From a virus (lineage: Duplodnaviria > Heunggongvirae > Uroviricota > Caudoviricetes): a stretch of DNA of 9,671 bases. Both the position numbers and the translations under genes were made by a program. The notes beneath the pieces are model-generated. The model did not search any database and had not been told where the DNA came from. It saw only the letters and a program-made list of their open reading frames with translations. Shown here piece after piece: positions 7,840-9,671 of the stretch (positions are counted from its first letter, which is position 1; each line of letters opens with the position of its first letter). The DNA lies in the IMG/VR virus record IMGVR_UViG_2663762926_000008; one strand, 5' to 3'.

Positions 7840-9671
7840 CGTGCTGGCGGTAAACAGCCAGACCCGGACGCTGACGCTCGACCGTGAAATCACGCTGCCA
7901 TCCTCCGGTACCATGCTGATAAGCCTGGTTGACGGAAGTGGCAATCCGGTCAGCGTGGAGGTTCAGTCCGTCACCGACGGCGTGAAGGTGAAAGTGAGCC
8001 GTGTTCCTGACGGCGTTGCTGAATACAGCGTGTGGGGGCTGAAGCTGCCGACGTTGCGCCAGCGCCTGTTCCGCTGTGTGAGTATCCGTGAGAACGATGA
8101 CGGCACGTATGCCATCACTGCCGTGCAGCATGTACCGGAAAAAGAAGCCATCGTGGATAACGGGGCGCACTTTGACGGCGACCAGAGCGGCACGGTGAAT
8201 GGTGTCACGCCGCCAGCGGTGCAGCACCTGACTGCCGAAGTCACCGCAGACAGCGGGGAATATCAGGTGCTGGCGCGCTGGGACACGCCGAAGGTGGTGA
8301 AGGGGGTGAGCTTTATGCTTCGCCTGACCGTGGCAGCGGATGACGGCAGTGAGCGGCTGGTCAGCACGGCCCGGACGACGGAAACCACATACCGCTTCAC
8401 GCAACTGGCGCTGGGACGGTACACGCTGACAGTCCGGGCGGTAAATGCCTGGGGACAGCAGGGCGATCCGGCGTCGGTATCGTTCAGGATTGCCGCACCG
8501 GTAGCACCGTCGCGGATTGAGCTGACGCCGGGCTATTTTCAGATAACTGCCACGCCGCATCTTGCGGTTTATGATCCGACGGTACAGTTTGAGTTCTGGT
8601 TCTCGGAAACGCGGATTACCGATATCAGGCAGGTTGAAACCACAGCACGCTATCTTGGCACGGCGCTGTACTGGATAGCCGCCAGTATCAATATCAAACC
8701 GGGCCATGATTATTACTTTTATATCCGCAGTGTGAACACCGTTGGCAAATCGGCATTCGTGGAGGCCGTCGGTCGGGCGAGCGATGATGCGGAAGGTTAC
8801 CTGGATTTTTTCAAAGGCAAGATAACCGAATCCCATCTCGGTAAAGAGCTGCTGGAAAAAGTTGATCTGACGGAGGATAACGCCAGCAGACTGGATGAGT
8901 TTTCGAAAGAGTGGAAGGACGCTAACGATAAATGGAATGCGATGTGGGGCGTCAAAATTGAGCAGACCAAAGACGGCAAACATTATGTCGCGGGTATTGG
9001 CCTCAGCATGGAGGACACGGAGGAAGGCAAGCTGAGCCAGTTTCTGGTTGCCGCCAATCGTATCGCGTTTATTGACCCGGCAAACGGGAATGAAACGCCG
9101 ATGTTTGTGGCGCAGGGCAACCAGATATTCATGAACGACGTGTTCCTGAAGCGCCTGACAGCCCCCGCCATTACCAGCGGTGGCAGTCCTCCGGTATTTT
9201 CCCTGACATCAGACGGAAAGCTGACCGCTAAAAATGCGGATATCAGTGGTAGTGTGAATGCGAACTCAGGAACGCTCAACAATGTCACGATTAACCAGAA
9301 CTGTACGATTAAGGGCATGCTGGAGGCGACCCAGGTCAGAGGGGATTTCGTTAAAGCTGTATCAAAAGCCTTCCCGAAAAAAGTCGGTACGTGGGGTAAC
9401 ACGGAAACACCAGACGGTACGGTTACAGTCACCATCAGCGATGATCATAACTTTGACCGCCAGATTATTATTCCGCCCATTATTTTTAACGGTATAGCGT
9501 ATGACGATCCGGGGAGCGGAAATAACCCGGGAGGCACGCGATACACGGGTTATGGTTTTGAAGTTCGCAAAAACGGCGTATTAATCGCATCCAGAGAAAC
9601 TAAAGGGGCCATTCCCGGTAGTTACAGTGCAGTTATTGATATGCCTAGTGGTGGTGGTAGCGTCACTCTGG
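7840..9671 (+). CDS. J: J protein copy D: central to C-terminal fragment, open at both ends and running off the window; a lambda-like distal module followed by a non-lambda C-terminal region
   Basis: Position 7840 onward re-aligns to 5984 onward (offset 1856). My translation from 7841 is open to the end of the window: [36 protein letters not shown]...[114 protein letters not shown]...[22 protein letters not shown]. It is absent from the ORF track, presumably because it has no stop in the window. The distal module matches lambda J as I recall it. Confidence 0.85.

Noticed and set aside
3-7853. ORF-track boundaries 3..1706, 1727..3397 and 3294..7853 taken as three complete genes
   Set aside because: The 3' ends of the first two and both ends of the third are created by frame changes at N-containing junctions. 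The apparent starts at 1727 and 3294 are internal or out-of-frame alternative start codons, not real initiation sites. Only the ATG at 3 is a genuine J start.
1-9671. CRISPR array, or a novel defence or other accessory system
   Set aside because: The only repeats are kilobase-scale copies of a structural gene; there are no short regularly spaced repeats, no non-J ORFs and no intergenic DNA. Nothing in the sequence supports a new system, and the unusual architecture is better explained by paralogue misjoining.
1-9671. Promoters, terminators, RBS or other regulatory sites
   Set aside because: The window is continuous coding sequence with 2 nt upstream of the only genuine start and no stop codon-bounded intergenic region; any motif call would be unsupported.

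Overview
The whole window is coding sequence from one gene family: the lambdoid-phage host-specificity / central tail-fibre protein J (lambda gpJ), recognised from the N-terminus [34 protein letters not shown] and from recalled downstream lambda J sequence. It is not one intact gene. It is four head-to-tail partial J copies, all on the + strand, joined at N-containing junctions (1667, 3334, 7835-7839). The copies are distinct alleles with mosaic, clustered differences, so they derive from at least three or four different J loci or templates. The third copy also carries a perfect in-frame 1200-bp tandem duplication (4677-5876 and 5877-7076) bounded by an 11-bp microhomology. My leading interpretation is a prophage tail region from an enterobacterial genome with several lambdoid prophages, in which near-identical J paralogues were misjoined or concatenated during assembly or scaffolding; a genuine rearrangement cannot be excluded from sequence alone. 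I see no intergenic DNA, RNA gene, CRISPR array, mobile-element end or defence-type system, and I do not think the window supports a claim of a novel system. The points most worth follow-up are the N-free 1200-bp duplication and the modular distal/C-terminal variation, which implies a receptor specificity different from lambda. All homology statements rest on reading the sequence and memory of lambda J; no database search was run.
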